From an uncultured Clostridia bacterium (GTDB lineage: Bacteria > Bacillota > Clostridia > TANB77 > CAG-508), in contig CALXJU010000003.1 of NCBI GenBank assembly GCA_944388705.1, positions 3,501-67,500 on the forward strand: 64,000 nucleotides of DNA. Direction: 5' to 3'. The notes under the pieces are model-generated. The model worked only from the letters and a program-made list of their open reading frames with translations, was not told the origin of the DNA and did not search any database. Position 1 is the stretch's first letter. Every line of letters begins with the position of its first letter. This document shows positions 1 through 8,654 of this stretch, in pieces. Made by a program: the position numbers and the translations under genes.

Positions 1-275
1 ATAACTTTATAGCAATGAGATTAACAAATCCAAATGACCAAAATTATGTAAAAAAATTATTACCAGATGTAATGGGAGGAATGATTGATAAAATACAAAG
101 TTTACAAGCAGGGGAAGCACTGATAATTGGAGATTCAATTGTGGTACCATCACTTGTTAAAATTGAAGAATGCATAAATAAACCATCATCAGTAGATATT
201 CCTTATTTTGATTTATGGAAAGAAAAATGGAAGAATATAGACTTTAAAAAACTAGAAAAAGAATGGCATAAGTAA
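1..275 (+). CDS. 3' end of a HerA/DUF87-type P-loop ATPase gene (5' part lies upstream of the window)
   Basis: The frame is open from nt 3. The visible tail RLTNPNDQ...LLP...LQAGEALIIGDSIVVPSLVKI resembles the conserved C-terminal block of HerA-like ATPases. The stop lies 30 nt before the next gene. Confidence 0.5.
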   Translation, partial: NFIAMRLTNPNDQNYVKKLLPDVMGGMIDKIQSLQAGEALIIGDSIVVPSLVKIEECINKPSSVDIPYFDLWKEKWKNIDFKKLEKEWHK

Positions 276-304
276 GAATATAATAATTAGTAAGGAGAAG
301 AATA

Positions 305-883
305 ATGTTTATACCAACTAAAGAGCATTTTTGTAATATAACGCCAGAAGAATTTGAAAAATATTCATTGAAACTTCTTAAAGAACAAACTCAAGGATTA
401 GAGAATTTAGAAATACAACATAATGTTATAATACAAAAGAGTGATGGAAATTATCAAATAGATGGAAAAATACAATTTGATGTAATGGGGATTAGATATG
501 TTACTTTAGTTGAATGTAAACATTACAAAAATGCTATAACTAGAGAAAAAGTTCAAGTATTATATGATAAAATAAGAGCTGTTGGAGCACATAAAGGAAT
601 TTTAATTTCAACATCAAATTTTCAATCTGGAGCAATTAAATTCGCTAAAGAACATGGAATTGCTTTAATACAAATTGTTGAAGCAGATTTGACATATGAA
701 ATTAGAACAAAGCCAAATGTGATAATGATGGATGCATGTAAAAGTTTATATAACAATGGACAGCCATATATAGGAATTATGCAAATTGGAAGTAAGAGCG
801 GTTTTTATTGTAAATATTTAAGAAATGATGATACCAATTTAAGAGACTTCTTAGTTGAAGAAAAGGAGAAAATTTATGAGTGA
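305..883 (+). CDS. Mrr-like restriction endonuclease domain protein (PD-(D/E)xK)
   Basis: 192 aa. The core DGKIQFD...VTLVECKHYKN..ITREKVQVLYDKIRAVGAHKGILISTSNFQSGAIKFAKEHGIALI fits the Mrr_cat fold motif D...ExK. AAGGAG RBS upstream. Confidence 0.75.
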   Translation: MFIPTKEHFCNITPEEFEKYSLKLLKEQTQGLENLEIQHNVIIQKSDGNYQIDGKIQFDVMGIRYVTLVECKHYKNAITREKVQVLYDKIRAVGAHKGILISTSNFQSGAIKFAKEHGIALIQIVEADLTYEIRTKPNVIMMDACKSLYNNGQPYIGIMQIGSKSGFYCKYLRNDDTNLRDFLVEEKEKIYE

Positions 884-1916
884 TAATCAAATAACAAAAC
901 AACCAGAAGAATCATATAAAATAATTAGAAATAGTGTGTTAACAGCACAATCAAAAGTATATACTGCTGTTAATTCAGCAATGGTACAAGCATATTGGGA
1001 GATTGGACAAGAAATACATAAGGTATGTGGCGAAAATGATAGAGCTGAATATGGTAAGAAATTATTGGAATATTTATCTGAACATTTAACAAAAGAATTT
1101 GGAAAAGGTTTTACTGTTGCAAATTTGAAAAATATGAGGCAGTTTTATCGTACTTTTCCAATTCGCCAGACACTGTCTAGCGAATTGAGTTGGTCACATT
1201 ATAATTTATTAATGAGAATTGAAGATAATAAGGCAAGAGAGTTTTATGCTAATGAAAGTGTAAAAGGAAATTGGAGTGTAAGACAATTAAAAAGACAAAT
1301 AGGAGCATTTTACTATGAAAGATTATTAGCAAGTCAAGACAAAGATTCAGTAACAAATGAAATGGGGTTACCAGAAAAAGTTGAACCCAAAAATATTATA
1401 AGAGATCCATATGTATTAGAATTTTTAGGATTAGAAGGAAAGACAAGTTTTTATGAAAAAGACTTGGAACAAGCAATAATCAACCATTTACAAAAATTTT
1501 TATTAGAATTAGGAAGAGGATTTTCTTTTGTAGCAAGACAGCAGAAAATAACTTTTGATGGAAGACATTTCTTTATTGATTTAGTGTTTTACAACTATAT
1601 ATTAAAATGTTTTGTAATAATAGATTTAAAATTGGGGGATTTAACACATCAAGATTTAGGACAAATGCAAATGTATGTTAATTATTATACAAGAGAAATG
1701 ATGAATGAAGGAGATAATCCGCCTATTGGAATCGTACTTTGTGCAGATAAAAGTGACCAAGTTGTAAAATATACTTTACCAGAAGATAACAATCAAATTT
1801 TTGCTTCAAAGTATAAGTTATATTTACCAACAGAAGAAGAATTTAAGAAAGAACTAAATTTAGATAACTATGTAAAAAAGAAAGAAAATGAAAGTCAGAA
1901 CGATGTGAAAATATGA
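876..1916 (+). CDS. DUF1016/YhcG-family PDDEXK nuclease
   Basis: N-terminal AYWEIGQEI..RAEYGKKLLEYLSEHLTKEFGKGF..NLKNMRQFY, and C-terminal GRGFSFVARQQKITFDGRHFFIDLVFYNYILKCFVIIDLKLG. I chose the ATG at 876 (AAGGAG 8 nt upstream) rather than the TTG at 855. It overlaps the Mrr-like stop by 8 nt. Confidence 0.85.
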   Translation: MSDNQITKQPEESYKIIRNSVLTAQSKVYTAVNSAMVQAYWEIGQEIHKVCGENDRAEYGKKLLEYLSEHLTKEFGKGFTVANLKNMRQFYRTFPIRQTLSSELSWSHYNLLMRIEDNKAREFYANESVKGNWSVRQLKRQIGAFYYERLLASQDKDSVTNEMGLPEKVEPKNIIRDPYVLEFLGLEGKTSFYEKDLEQAIINHLQKFLLELGRGFSFVARQQKITFDGRHFFIDLVFYNYILKCFVIIDLKLGDLTHQDLGQMQMYVNYYTREMMNEGDNPPIGIVLCADKSDQVVKYTLPEDNNQIFASKYKLYLPTEEEFKKELNLDNYVKKKENESQNDVKI

Positions 1917-2062
1917 GTTAAATTATCTGTGAAAAAAATAGAAAAAATCAATAATATAACTTGATTATATTATAAATAAATTATATAATAATTATGGTAA
2001 ATAAAAATATGTTGGCGACATTGTTGCCAATTTGTTGCCACAATATAAGAAAAGATAATTAG

Positions 2063-2221
2063 AATAATACAATAAATACTATATGTACTTTTTTATATAA
2101 ATTCTTTAAATCAAGAAACACCAATAGTACAGATAATATTGCATATACTAATAATACTAAATTTTTCACTACTTGTGGCTCAGGAAAAAAATATAAAAAT
2201 TGTTGCGGTAAAAATGCATAA
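2063..2221 (+). pseudogene. Remnant of the C-terminus of a SEC-C-motif protein
   Basis: The frame ends ...KFFTTCGSGKKYKNCCGKNA*, the CxCGSGKKYKxCCG SEC-C metal-binding motif. There is no start codon in the open stretch after the TAG at 2060. Confidence 0.4.
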
Positions 2222-2226
2222 AATTA

Positions 2227-2270
2227 AAGAAGTGTAACCGAAATAAAATGGTGACACTTCTTCTTTTTTA
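2227..2270 (+). terminator. Rho-independent terminator
   Basis: AAGAAGTGTAACC / GGTGACACTTCTT stem (12 of 13 bp) followed by CTTTTTTT. Confidence 0.7.
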
Positions 2271-2304
2271 CATTAATTAGATGAATTATTTGGTAAATGA
2301 GATA

Positions 2305-2333
2305 TTGAAACTTAATTATGCTTGTAATATAAT
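2305..2333 (+). promoter_or_regulatory. Sigma-A-type promoter
   Basis: TTGAAA, 17 nt, TATAAT, 74 nt upstream of the 2407 start. Confidence 0.5.
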
Positions 2334-2406
2334 ATTATTGATGATTTTAAATAAGTGTAGATAAATTATTAAATATAAAAATTGTTTTAGAAAGTAGAGG
2401 TATAAA

Positions 2407-2946
2407 ATGGCAGTAAAAATAACATATTTTGTGCATGGGACTACAACAGATAATTTAGAACATAAAGCAACAGGATGGTTACCAGGAGAATTATCACAAA
2501 AAGGAATTGAACAAAGTATTGCATTAAGAGAGCAAATAAATATAAATGAATTTGATATAGTATTTTGTTCAGACTTAAAAAGAGCAATTGACTCAGCTAA
2601 AAATATATTTGAAAATAATAAAGAAATAATAAAAGATAGTAGATTACGAGAATGTAATTATGGAGATTTAAATGGGCTAGAAACATCATTAGTAAAATAT
2701 GAAGAACATATACAAGAAAAATTCCCAAATGGAGAAAGTCTAATCGATGTTGAAAATAGAATTAGAAGTTTCTGTGAATTTTTATTACAAAACTATGATG
2801 GAAAACATATTGCAATAGTTGCACACAAAGCTCCTCAATTAGCATTTCAGGTCATAACAGAAAGCAAAAGTTGGGAATATGTTATAGAACATGATTGGAG
2901 AAAAACAAAATCATGGCAACCAGGATGGGAGTACATTGTAAAATAA
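2407..2946 (+). CDS. Histidine phosphatase (phosphoglycerate-mutase-like) family protein
   Basis: N-terminal ITYFVHGTTTDN and later IAIVAHKAP fit the family. The usual RHG motif reads VHG here, so the catalytic Arg is apparently absent. GGAGG-like RBS (AGAGGT). Confidence 0.7.
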   Translation: MAVKITYFVHGTTTDNLEHKATGWLPGELSQKGIEQSIALREQININEFDIVFCSDLKRAIDSAKNIFENNKEIIKDSRLRECNYGDLNGLETSLVKYEEHIQEKFPNGESLIDVENRIRSFCEFLLQNYDGKHIAIVAHKAPQLAFQVITESKSWEYVIEHDWRKTKSWQPGWEYIVK

Positions 2947-2980
2947 TATAAAATTATAGTAATAAGAAATGGAGTAAAAA

Positions 2981-4072
2981 ATGTTGAAATTAAAGAAAAT
3001 AATAAAAACAATAATAATATTTATAATATTAATGATAATAATATGTTTTTTATTTAGTTTATATAAAGTACTTAATAATGAAATATCTCCAACAGAAATT
3101 GTTAGTGAGACAGGATTATACTTTTTATATACAATAGGATATGGAGCATTAGAAGGAGACTCTGTAGTACAAAATATATTAGCAATGGTAGGAATAATAT
3201 CACTTGCATTGATGACAACATTTTTAACAATAAACTTATTTTGGCGTCTAGATGATGTAAAATTAAATAAAGAAATCATATATGATAAAAATTCATTAAA
3301 AGTTCAATTTAAAAATAAAGGAAGAGCAATATGTGACATGAAGGCTACATTTGCACTTTATGATGAATTCACATCAGAAAATTTAGAAGAACCAAAAGAA
3401 TATTATATGCCAATATTATTAAAAAATTCTGTATGGAATTTGCGACTAGATTTAAATGAAACATTTTGGTACAAAACTGTATATGATTTATTAACAACAA
3501 CTGATAAAAAATTATATTGTATATTCTCATTTGTAGATACTCAAACAGGTCAAAGTAGTATAAAAGTAGAAGAAATAACAAAAGAAAATATAAAAACAAC
3601 AAATAAACTTTTAGAATATAAAGAATTCATAAAACCAACAATATTATCATGTGATAGATTAATGCCAATAGAAAACTCTGGAAAATTACAAAAAGAAAGT
3701 ATCGAAAATGATATAATTATGAATTATTCTTTTAATAATAGTTCAAATGATGATAGTTTTGTAATGGCATATTATAATTTACATGAACCATGTCTAAATT
3801 TAGAAAAATATAATAGAGAAAAAACATATTTAGAATTAAAATTAAGAACAGAGGATGATATAAAACTAAATTTTGAGTTAAAATTATCAAATGGAAATGT
3901 AATAACAAAATATATAGAAATCAATAATGAAGCAAAAACAGTAAAAATAGAATTAAAAGAAATACCAGATAATATAGAACAAGTAAAAGAAATATGTTAT
4001 ACAATATTTAAGAAAAACAATAAATTAAGAGGAAAATTAGAAGTTGGAGATTTAAGAATTGTAACAGGATAA
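2981..4072 (+). CDS. Two-TM potassium-channel-like protein with an uncharacterised ~270-aa C-terminal domain
   Basis: TM1 (IIIFIILMIIICFLFSLY), pore-helix plus the selectivity-filter signature LYTIGYG, and TM2 (ILAMVGIISLALMTTFLTINLF). I do not recognise the rest of the protein. Confidence 0.6.
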   Translation: MLKLKKIIKTIIIFIILMIIICFLFSLYKVLNNEISPTEIVSETGLYFLYTIGYGALEGDSVVQNILAMVGIISLALMTTFLTINLFWRLDDVKLNKEIIYDKNSLKVQFKNKGRAICDMKATFALYDEFTSENLEEPKEYYMPILLKNSVWNLRLDLNETFWYKTVYDLLTTTDKKLYCIFSFVDTQTGQSSIKVEEITKENIKTTNKLLEYKEFIKPTILSCDRLMPIENSGKLQKESIENDIIMNYSFNNSSNDDSFVMAYYNLHEPCLNLEKYNREKTYLELKLRTEDDIKLNFELKLSNGNVITKYIEINNEAKTVKIELKEIPDNIEQVKEICYTIFKKNNKLRGKLEVGDLRIVTG

Positions 4073-4077
4073 AAAAT

Positions 4078-4116
4078 AGTACTCAATGTAAAAAGTACAT
4101 TGAGTGCTATTTTTTT
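4078..4116. terminator. Bidirectional terminator between convergent genes
   Basis: AGTACTCAATGTA / TACATTGAGTGCT stem (12 of 13 bp) followed by a T7 run. Confidence 0.75.
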
Positions 4117-4750
4117 ATGGCATTTCAATTGGTTTATTTTTCCCTTCAGTTAAATCTAGTAACTCTTTAACTATATCTTTAAGAATATCTGTTTTAATTT
4201 TAGGAAGAGATATTTTACAAGTAGAAATATCTAATTCATAAACTGTACCTTGAAGTAAAAACTCTAAAGTATCTAATTCCTTAACAAAAACAGCTTCTTT
4301 GGTTTCTTGCGCTTCATATTCTTGCCATATTTCAAAATAATCATTTGTGAAATTTAGAGATTCTAACAACTTTTTTATTGCAGTTTCTTCTAATAAGTGT
4401 TTTTCTTCTTTTGAAATATTATCTTTAGGGGTCATATCTCCAGCATAAACTTCACCAAACTCATGAATTAAGCATAATTTTAAACACTTTAAAACATCAT
4501 AATCTAAATTATATTTTTCTATGATAGTAAGACATAATATAGCAATAGAAAATGAATGGTCAGCTATTGATTCACATTTAGAAGCAAAAGATGAACCAAA
4601 TTTATTTTTTATCCAACCTTGACGATAAATATTTTTTAATTGGTTATATTGAAGATAAAAATTTATTATATCATTTTTTATATTCTCATTTTGGTATTTT
4701 AAATATGGATTTATATCTTTTATATAATTGTTATTGTTATCTGTTAGCAT
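4115..4750 (-). CDS. HD-domain phosphohydrolase (YfbR-like 5'-nucleotidase family)
   Basis: ESIADHSF...LIHEFGEVYAGDMTP gives the H..HD..D pattern. Confidence 0.8.
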   Translation of the reverse strand: MLTDNNNNYIKDINPYLKYQNENIKNDIINFYLQYNQLKNIYRQGWIKNKFGSSFASKCESIADHSFSIAILCLTIIEKYNLDYDVLKCLKLCLIHEFGEVYAGDMTPKDNISKEEKHLLEETAIKKLLESLNFTNDYFEIWQEYEAQETKEAVFVKELDTLEFLLQGTVYELDISTCKISLPKIKTDILKDIVKELLDLTEGKNKPIEMP

Positions 4751-4840
4751 ATACTTTACCTCCTTGTGAGAAATTATAACATACTAAAGTATTTATTTCA
4801 AATTTATTGAAAAAAACACTTTAGTAAATTAAAATAAAAA

Positions 4841-4895
4841 TGAAACTTTTTTAATAAGATCGATACTCTTATAAGTGTAAGATATGTGCATATTA
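4841..4895 (+). promoter_or_regulatory. ECF-type (autoregulated?) promoter block
   Basis: TGAAAC-N20-TCTTATAAGTGTAAGATATGTGCATATTA. The same motif with the same 20-nt spacing recurs upstream of the paralogous sigma gene at 12674. Confidence 0.45.
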
Positions 4896-4908
4896 TACGG
4901 AGGAAAAT

Positions 4909-5430
4909 ATGGAAGAACTAGTCATAAAAGCCCAAAAAGGTGATAAGGAAGCATTTACAGAATTAATATATGAAATAAGACATGATTTATATAAAATAGC
5001 TAGATGTCGTTTATCTTGTGAAGACGACATAGAAGATGCTGTTCAAGAAACTATGATAATTGCATTTAAAAATATAAGAAAATTAAATAAAAGTGATTCT
5101 TATAAAAAATGGATTATAAAAATATTGATAAATAAATGTAATCAAATTTTTAATAAAAACAAAAAAAGGAATATTTCTTTTGAAGATTCCCAATTAGAAA
5201 ATGTATATTCACAAAACGAAAATTATGAAGAATTAGATAATATTGATTTTTATTTAATTTTAAAGAATTTAAATTATGATGAAAGAATAGCAATAACATT
5301 ATTTTACTTAGAAGATTATTCAATAAAAGAAATATCCAAATTATTAAAAACAAATGAAAACACCATAAAAACAAGATTAAAACGAGGTAAAGAGAAAATA
5401 AAGAATAAATTTTTGAAAGGAAATCAATAA
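4909..5430 (+). CDS. Sigma-70 family (ECF-like) RNA polymerase sigma factor
   Basis: Region 2 (DLYKIARCRL..EDDIEDAVQETMIIAF) and region 4 (ITLFYLEDYSIKEISKLLKTNENTIKTRLKRGKEKI). Confidence 0.85.
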   Translation: MEELVIKAQKGDKEAFTELIYEIRHDLYKIARCRLSCEDDIEDAVQETMIIAFKNIRKLNKSDSYKKWIIKILINKCNQIFNKNKKRNISFEDSQLENVYSQNENYEELDNIDFYLILKNLNYDERIAITLFYLEDYSIKEISKLLKTNENTIKTRLKRGKEKIKNKFLKGNQ

Positions 5431-5431
5431 T

Positions 5432-6985
5432 ATGGATGTATTAGATAAAATGATAAAAAGTGCGTTATCTAAAGAAATAGAAGAACCATATACTTATGAA
5501 AGAACAATAAAAAAAGCTTTATATATAAATAAAAAACATAAAATAAGGAATTATATAAAACAAGCCATTATAGTTATTATATCAACTATAACCACATTAA
5601 TAGGAACTTTTAGTGTATATGCAGTATCTGGTGGGAAAATTGAGGGGATTCCTGCTATGGATTGGTTAGGTATAAAGTTTTCAGATAAATATCTAGAATA
5701 TAAACAACCAGTAGAAAATCAAATAGTAGCATTTGGAGATACAAGTGTAGAATTAACATCTACAATGTGTAGTGAAGGAATTACAATTCTAGAATTTAAT
5801 ATAAAATTAAGCCAAGAAGATTATAATAATTTGAAACTCGGACAAACAGCTTATACAGAAGAGTTTAATAATCAAATTCAAGAATATAAAGAAAAAGCTA
5901 AACAAGATATGATAAAAAAAGTTAAATCAGACAAATATTTAGGACGTTTTACAAATGAAACAGACGAAGAAATAGATAGTATATTAGAACAGATAGAAGT
6001 AACAGAAGAAGAAATAGAAAAATCCGAATATTATCAAGAATATTTAGAAAAAATAAAAATGTATGATGAGCAATTAGAAGAAATAAAAAGTACAGGATTT
6101 AAAATAGGTTTAGCACTCAATGTAGAGCAAAAAGGTGGAGTATATAATTATGACAAATTTAATCCAAATACTACTTGGTATGCAAGTATATACATAGATG
6201 ATGAACCATTTTATGTTAGAAATTGGCAAAAAGTTGAAAAAATAAGTGATTACGAATATAAAATTTATAGTATGTATTCATTAACAGATGACGAATTAAA
6301 AGGTAAAGAAAATTTTAAAATTACATTAAAAAATAATAAACTAGTAAATATGGTGGCCTGGCAAAGTTTAGGTGATAATTGGATAAATGATTGTCAATGG
6401 TTTGCAAAAGAGGATAATAATATGTATTTACCTGAAAAATATATAAAAAGTTTGCCATTAGATTTTGAAGTAAATGTTTCTAAAGATTTAGTTTTAAATG
6501 ATAGTAAAGTAATAGAAAATCCAGAAATAAAATCAGAATTTAGAAATATAATACAAGAAGTAGAAAAAGTTGTAATTTCACCTATGCAAACGATTGTTAA
6601 AGTAAAACACTCAGCAAGTAAGCAATCATCTAATGCTTTTGCAAATAGATATACTGACCATAATATAGAACATTTACCAATAACAAGAGAATATAAGGTA
6701 TATGATGCCAATGGAAATGAATTAAGTTGTTTTGCTACGACAAATAAAAGAACATTAATTTATAGTGATGGAACAAGAGAAGATTATGACCCTCATGACA
6801 TACCTAATAAAAAATATAATAATGCTATATGGGAAACTATAGAATATTTGCTTATAGAAAATACTGATACAGATTATATAAAAATAGTGCCAGTAGAAAC
6901 AATTAGAAATCCTATAGAAGGTCAAGAAGATACAGGAGGAGAAATATATTATGAAATGGATCCATTAATTATAAATTTAAAATAG
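5432..6985 (+). CDS. Putative anti-sigma factor, single-pass membrane protein with a large extracytoplasmic domain
   Basis: It starts 1 nt after the sigma gene stop. It has a short cytoplasmic N-terminus and one TM (AIIVIISTITTLIGTFSVYAV). The call rests on position and architecture. Confidence 0.55.
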   Translation: MDVLDKMIKSALSKEIEEPYTYERTIKKALYINKKHKIRNYIKQAIIVIISTITTLIGTFSVYAVSGGKIEGIPAMDWLGIKFSDKYLEYKQPVENQIVAFGDTSVELTSTMCSEGITILEFNIKLSQEDYNNLKLGQTAYTEEFNNQIQEYKEKAKQDMIKKVKSDKYLGRFTNETDEEIDSILEQIEVTEEEIEKSEYYQEYLEKIKMYDEQLEEIKSTGFKIGLALNVEQKGGVYNYDKFNPNTTWYASIYIDDEPFYVRNWQKVEKISDYEYKIYSMYSLTDDELKGKENFKITLKNNKLVNMVAWQSLGDNWINDCQWFAKEDNNMYLPEKYIKSLPLDFEVNVSKDLVLNDSKVIENPEIKSEFRNIIQEVEKVVISPMQTIVKVKHSASKQSSNAFANRYTDHNIEHLPITREYKVYDANGNELSCFATTNKRTLIYSDGTREDYDPHDIPNKKYNNAIWETIEYLLIENTDTDYIKIVPVETIRNPIEGQEDTGGEIYYEMDPLIINLK

Positions 6986-6990
6986 ATTAA

Positions 6991-7027
6991 AAAAGAAAGT
7001 TTAAATGTAATTTAAGCTTTCTTTTTT
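6991..7027 (+). terminator. Rho-independent terminator
   Basis: AAAAGAAAGTTTAAA / TTTAAGCTTTCTTTT stem with a T-run. Confidence 0.7.
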
Positions 7028-7067
7028 AGAAAAGATATGATATAAATTTAATAAAGGGGAGATATAA

Positions 7068-7340
7068 ATGGGGAATAAAGAAGAATGGGATGAAATAGAA
7101 AGATATGTAAAAGAAGCAGATGATAAAAGATTAGAAAGATATAAAGGGAGAGATATTACTAAGAATTTAGAAGAACTTAATGAAAAAAATAAAACTACAA
7201 AAAAGAAAAAAATAGATGCAGCAGATGTTTTAAATGTGCTTTTAAAAATAATATTAGGAATTTTTACTGTATGGTTATTTTATAATTTATATAAGTTAAT
7301 GGTAAGTAGTTTTAACAATATAATAGAAGCATTTAAATAA
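7068..7340 (+). CDS. Hypothetical small tail-anchored membrane protein
   Basis: 90 aa with a GGGGAG RBS. Charged N-terminal half and one C-terminal TM (VLLKIILGIFTVWLFYNLY). Confidence 0.4.
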   Translation: MGNKEEWDEIERYVKEADDKRLERYKGRDITKNLEELNEKNKTTKKKKIDAADVLNVLLKIILGIFTVWLFYNLYKLMVSSFNNIIEAFK

Positions 7341-7358
7341 AATTTTAAGATAAAAGTG

Positions 7359-7388
7359 TTGCAATTAATATATTGTTTTTGATATAAT
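7359..7388 (+). promoter_or_regulatory. Sigma-A promoter with extended -10
   Basis: TTGCAA, 18 nt, TGATATAAT. Confidence 0.55.
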
Positions 7389-7416
7389 AGAAAAAATATA
7401 AAAAAGGAGCAAAAAA

Positions 7417-7500
7417 ATGAAAAACTATTTAAAAACAATGAATTTAATAATTAATTCAATTGCTTTTTTAATAGTTGTTTTATTTTTATTTGTATTTTAA
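7417..7500 (+). CDS. 27-codon hydrophobic leader/mini-ORF upstream of carA
   Basis: AAGGAG lies 7 nt upstream of the ATG. Product MKNYLKTMNLIINSIAFLIVVLFLFVF. The stop is 2 nt before a terminator stem. Confidence 0.4.
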   Translation: MKNYLKTMNLIINSIAFLIVVLFLFVF

Positions 7501-7502
7501 AT

Positions 7503-7528
7503 AAGGAATTTTCATTCCTTATTTTTTT
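7503..7528 (+). terminator. Intrinsic terminator/attenuator immediately upstream of carA
   Basis: AAGGAAT-TTTC-ATTCCTT hairpin followed by ATTTTTTT. Only 35 nt remain before the carA ATG, and I see no intervening promoter. Confidence 0.55.
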
Positions 7529-7563
7529 ATGTGGAAAAATATTATGTAGAAAGAGGAGGTTAT

Positions 7564-8646
7564 ATGAAAAAATTAAACAAAAAAATTGTACTAGAAGATG
7601 GAGAAGAATATTTAGGATATGGATTTGGAGCAGATAAAGAAGCAATATGTGAAATTGTATTTAATACATCAATGGTAGGATATCAAGAAATTGTATCAGA
7701 CCCATCATATACATATCAAATGGTAGTAATGACATATCCATTAATCGGAAATTATGGAATTACAGATGAAGATTATGAAACAAAACAACCTACAATTGGA
7801 GGAATTGTAGTAAGAGAATATAATGACATACCAAGTAATTTTAGATATACAAAAACATTATCAGAATATCTAGAAGAAAATAATATACCAGGTATAGAAG
7901 GGGTAGATACTAGAAAACTTACAAGAAGTATAAGAGATAAAGGTAGTAGAAAAGTTATTATTACAGATATAAATACAAGTAAAGAAGAAGCATTAGAAAA
8001 ATTAAAAAAATATGAAATGCCAAAAGATGCGGTATCAAAAGTTAGCTGTAAAAAGAGATGGTATTCAAGAACTGCAAATTACAAATATAATGTAGTAGCA
8101 GTAGATTGTGGAATAAAGCTAAATATAATTAGAAGTTTAAATAAAAAAGGTTGTAATGTTACGATAGTACCATATAATACAACTGCAAAAGAAATAGAAG
8201 AATTAAAACCAGATGGAGTATTTTTATCAAATGGACCAGGAAACCCAGAAGATGTAAAAGAAGTAATTAAATTAGTAAAAGAACTAAGAGGTAAATATCC
8301 GATTTTTGGAATTTGTTTAGGACATCAAATGATTAGTTTGGCTTATGGTGCAAAAACTTATAAATTAAAATTTGGACATAGAGGAGGAAATCATCCAGTA
8401 TTAAACTTAGAAAACGACAAAATAGAAATAACAAGCCAAAATCATAGTTATGCTGTAGATGAAAAATCATTAGAAAAAACAGCTTTAGTAGCAACACATA
8501 AAAATATTTTGGATAATACAATAGAAGGAGTTGAATGTAAGGAAGATAAAGTATTTAGTGTACAATATCATCCAGAAAGTGCTCCAGGACCACAAGATAG
8601 TGACTACTTATTTGATAAATTTATAAAAATAATGGAGAAAAAATAA
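7564..8646 (+). CDS. carA: Carbamoyl-phosphate synthase small (glutaminase) subunit
   Basis: [20 protein letters not shown] (catalytic Cys) and YHPES motifs. ATG at 7564 with a GAGGAGG RBS; the track start at 7531 is a GTG. Confidence 0.95.
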   Translation: MKKLNKKIVLEDGEEYLGYGFGADKEAICEIVFNTSMVGYQEIVSDPSYTYQMVVMTYPLIGNYGITDEDYETKQPTIGGIVVREYNDIPSNFRYTKTLSEYLEENNIPGIEGVDTRKLTRSIRDKGSRKVIITDINTSKEEALEKLKKYEMPKDAVSKVSCKKRWYSRTANYKYNVVAVDCGIKLNIIRSLNKKGCNVTIVPYNTTAKEIEELKPDGVFLSNGPGNPEDVKEVIKLVKELRGKYPIFGICLGHQMISLAYGAKTYKLKFGHRGGNHPVLNLENDKIEITSQNHSYAVDEKSLEKTALVATHKNILDNTIEGVECKEDKVFSVQYHPESAPGPQDSDYLFDKFIKIMEKK

Positions 8647-8654
8647 AGAAAGGA

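Noticed and set aside
7389-7563. Looked for a PyrR-binding anti-antiterminator upstream of carA
   Set aside because: I could not find the conserved PyrR loop sequence (AGAGAGGC-type). The mini-ORF/terminator arrangement is reported instead.
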